Shown in pieces: positions 56,059-56,313 of a DNA stretch of 56,313 bases. Location of the stretch: NCBI GenBank assembly GCA_964384585.1, contig CAYLME010000004.1:1-56313 (forward strand). Direction: 5' to 3'. The stretch's first letter is position 1. Each line of letters starts with the position of its first letter. This DNA comes from an uncultured Gemmatimonadaceae bacterium (GTDB lineage Bacteria; Gemmatimonadota; Gemmatimonadetes; Longimicrobiales; RSA9). The notes beneath the pieces were generated by a model. The model made no database searches. It was not told where the DNA came from and saw only the letters and a list, made by a program, of their open reading frames with translations. The position numbers were made by a program, and so were the translations under genes.

Positions 56059-56090
56059 GTCGCTGTCAGGTCGCTGCGCTGACCGGCCAT

Positions 56091-56125
56091 ACGAGGGGTG
56101 CCGCACAGGCTGCGGTGCCCCTCGT
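56091..56125 (+). terminator. Hairpin after the dksA-like gene
   Basis: Stem acgaggggtgccgca / tgcggtgcccctcgt (15 bp with two G-U pairs), loop caggc. No U-tract. Confidence 0.4.
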
Positions 56126-56242
56126 CGCATGTATCCCTGCCGGCACGGGGCCCCGCGCCTCCGGATATCCCGATGCGCGGTCGCGCGTCCGCTGCATGCG
56201 GGCTATGTTCCGGGCCATCATTCCGCGAACCGCTTGAGCACC

Positions 56243-56313
56243 ATGTCTGACACGATCACGATCACGGATAATCGCACCGGCAAGTCGTACGAGATTCCGA
56301 TCCAGTACGGGAC
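56243..56313 (+). CDS. gltA: Citrate synthase, N-terminal fragment (runs off the right edge)
   Basis: MSDTITITDNRTGKSYEIPIQYG resembles the N-terminus of type II citrate synthases. Only 23 codons are visible. Confidence 0.5.
   Translation, partial: MSDTITITDNRTGKSYEIPIQYG

Overview
This is a high-GC (by eye roughly two-thirds G+C), densely coded chromosomal segment with about 40 credible CDS on both strands. I found no rRNA, tRNA, CRISPR array, transposase or integrase. The gene content resembles a Gemmatimonadota/Acidobacteriota-like soil bacterium, but that taxonomy is an inference only. It includes a TolB-propeller amidohydrolase, an ADOP-type duplicated FtsX permease, a delta-60 repeat protein and several secreted M28/M14 peptidases.

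Recognisable modules, left to right:
- Secreted peptidases.
- An amine-oxidase/treZ/glycogen-debranching operon.
- A SahR-like regulator translationally coupled to ahcY.
- An orphan GAF histidine kinase, lipoprotein and TPR-protein operon, with a convergent paralogous lipoprotein.
- DUF72.
- An NHEJ locus, ligD and ku divergent, each followed by an accessory gene.
- A CHASE3 hybrid kinase with an HD-GYP response regulator.
- Fpg/Nei.
- A large PIG-L protein.
- A lipoprotein plus delta-60 propeller pair.
- M28, MATE and M14 genes.
- A His-rich secreted protein with a PHM-like copper-ligand pattern.
- A TetR-TolC-HlyD-ABC-ABC-ABC2-ABC2 efflux operon.
- arfB.
- An orphan radical SAM/SPASM enzyme.
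- PPOX, a second MATE, the ADOP permease, a DksA/TraR protein and the start of citrate synthase.

Most of the long ORFs in the supplied track are Arg/Ala/His-rich shadow frames of these genes. One real gene (1-3234, minus strand) is missing from the track because it runs off the window.

The most interesting signals are:
1. The kinase-lipoprotein-TPR cluster, in which two divergent lipoproteins share an invariant extreme C-terminal octapeptide, SGFVILSN.
2. The PHM/DBH-like putative copper protein next to an M14 peptidase.
3. A family of 9-mer-repeat hairpin elements in convergent intergenic spacers.

All calls come from reading the sequence and motifs by eye. No database search was possible.
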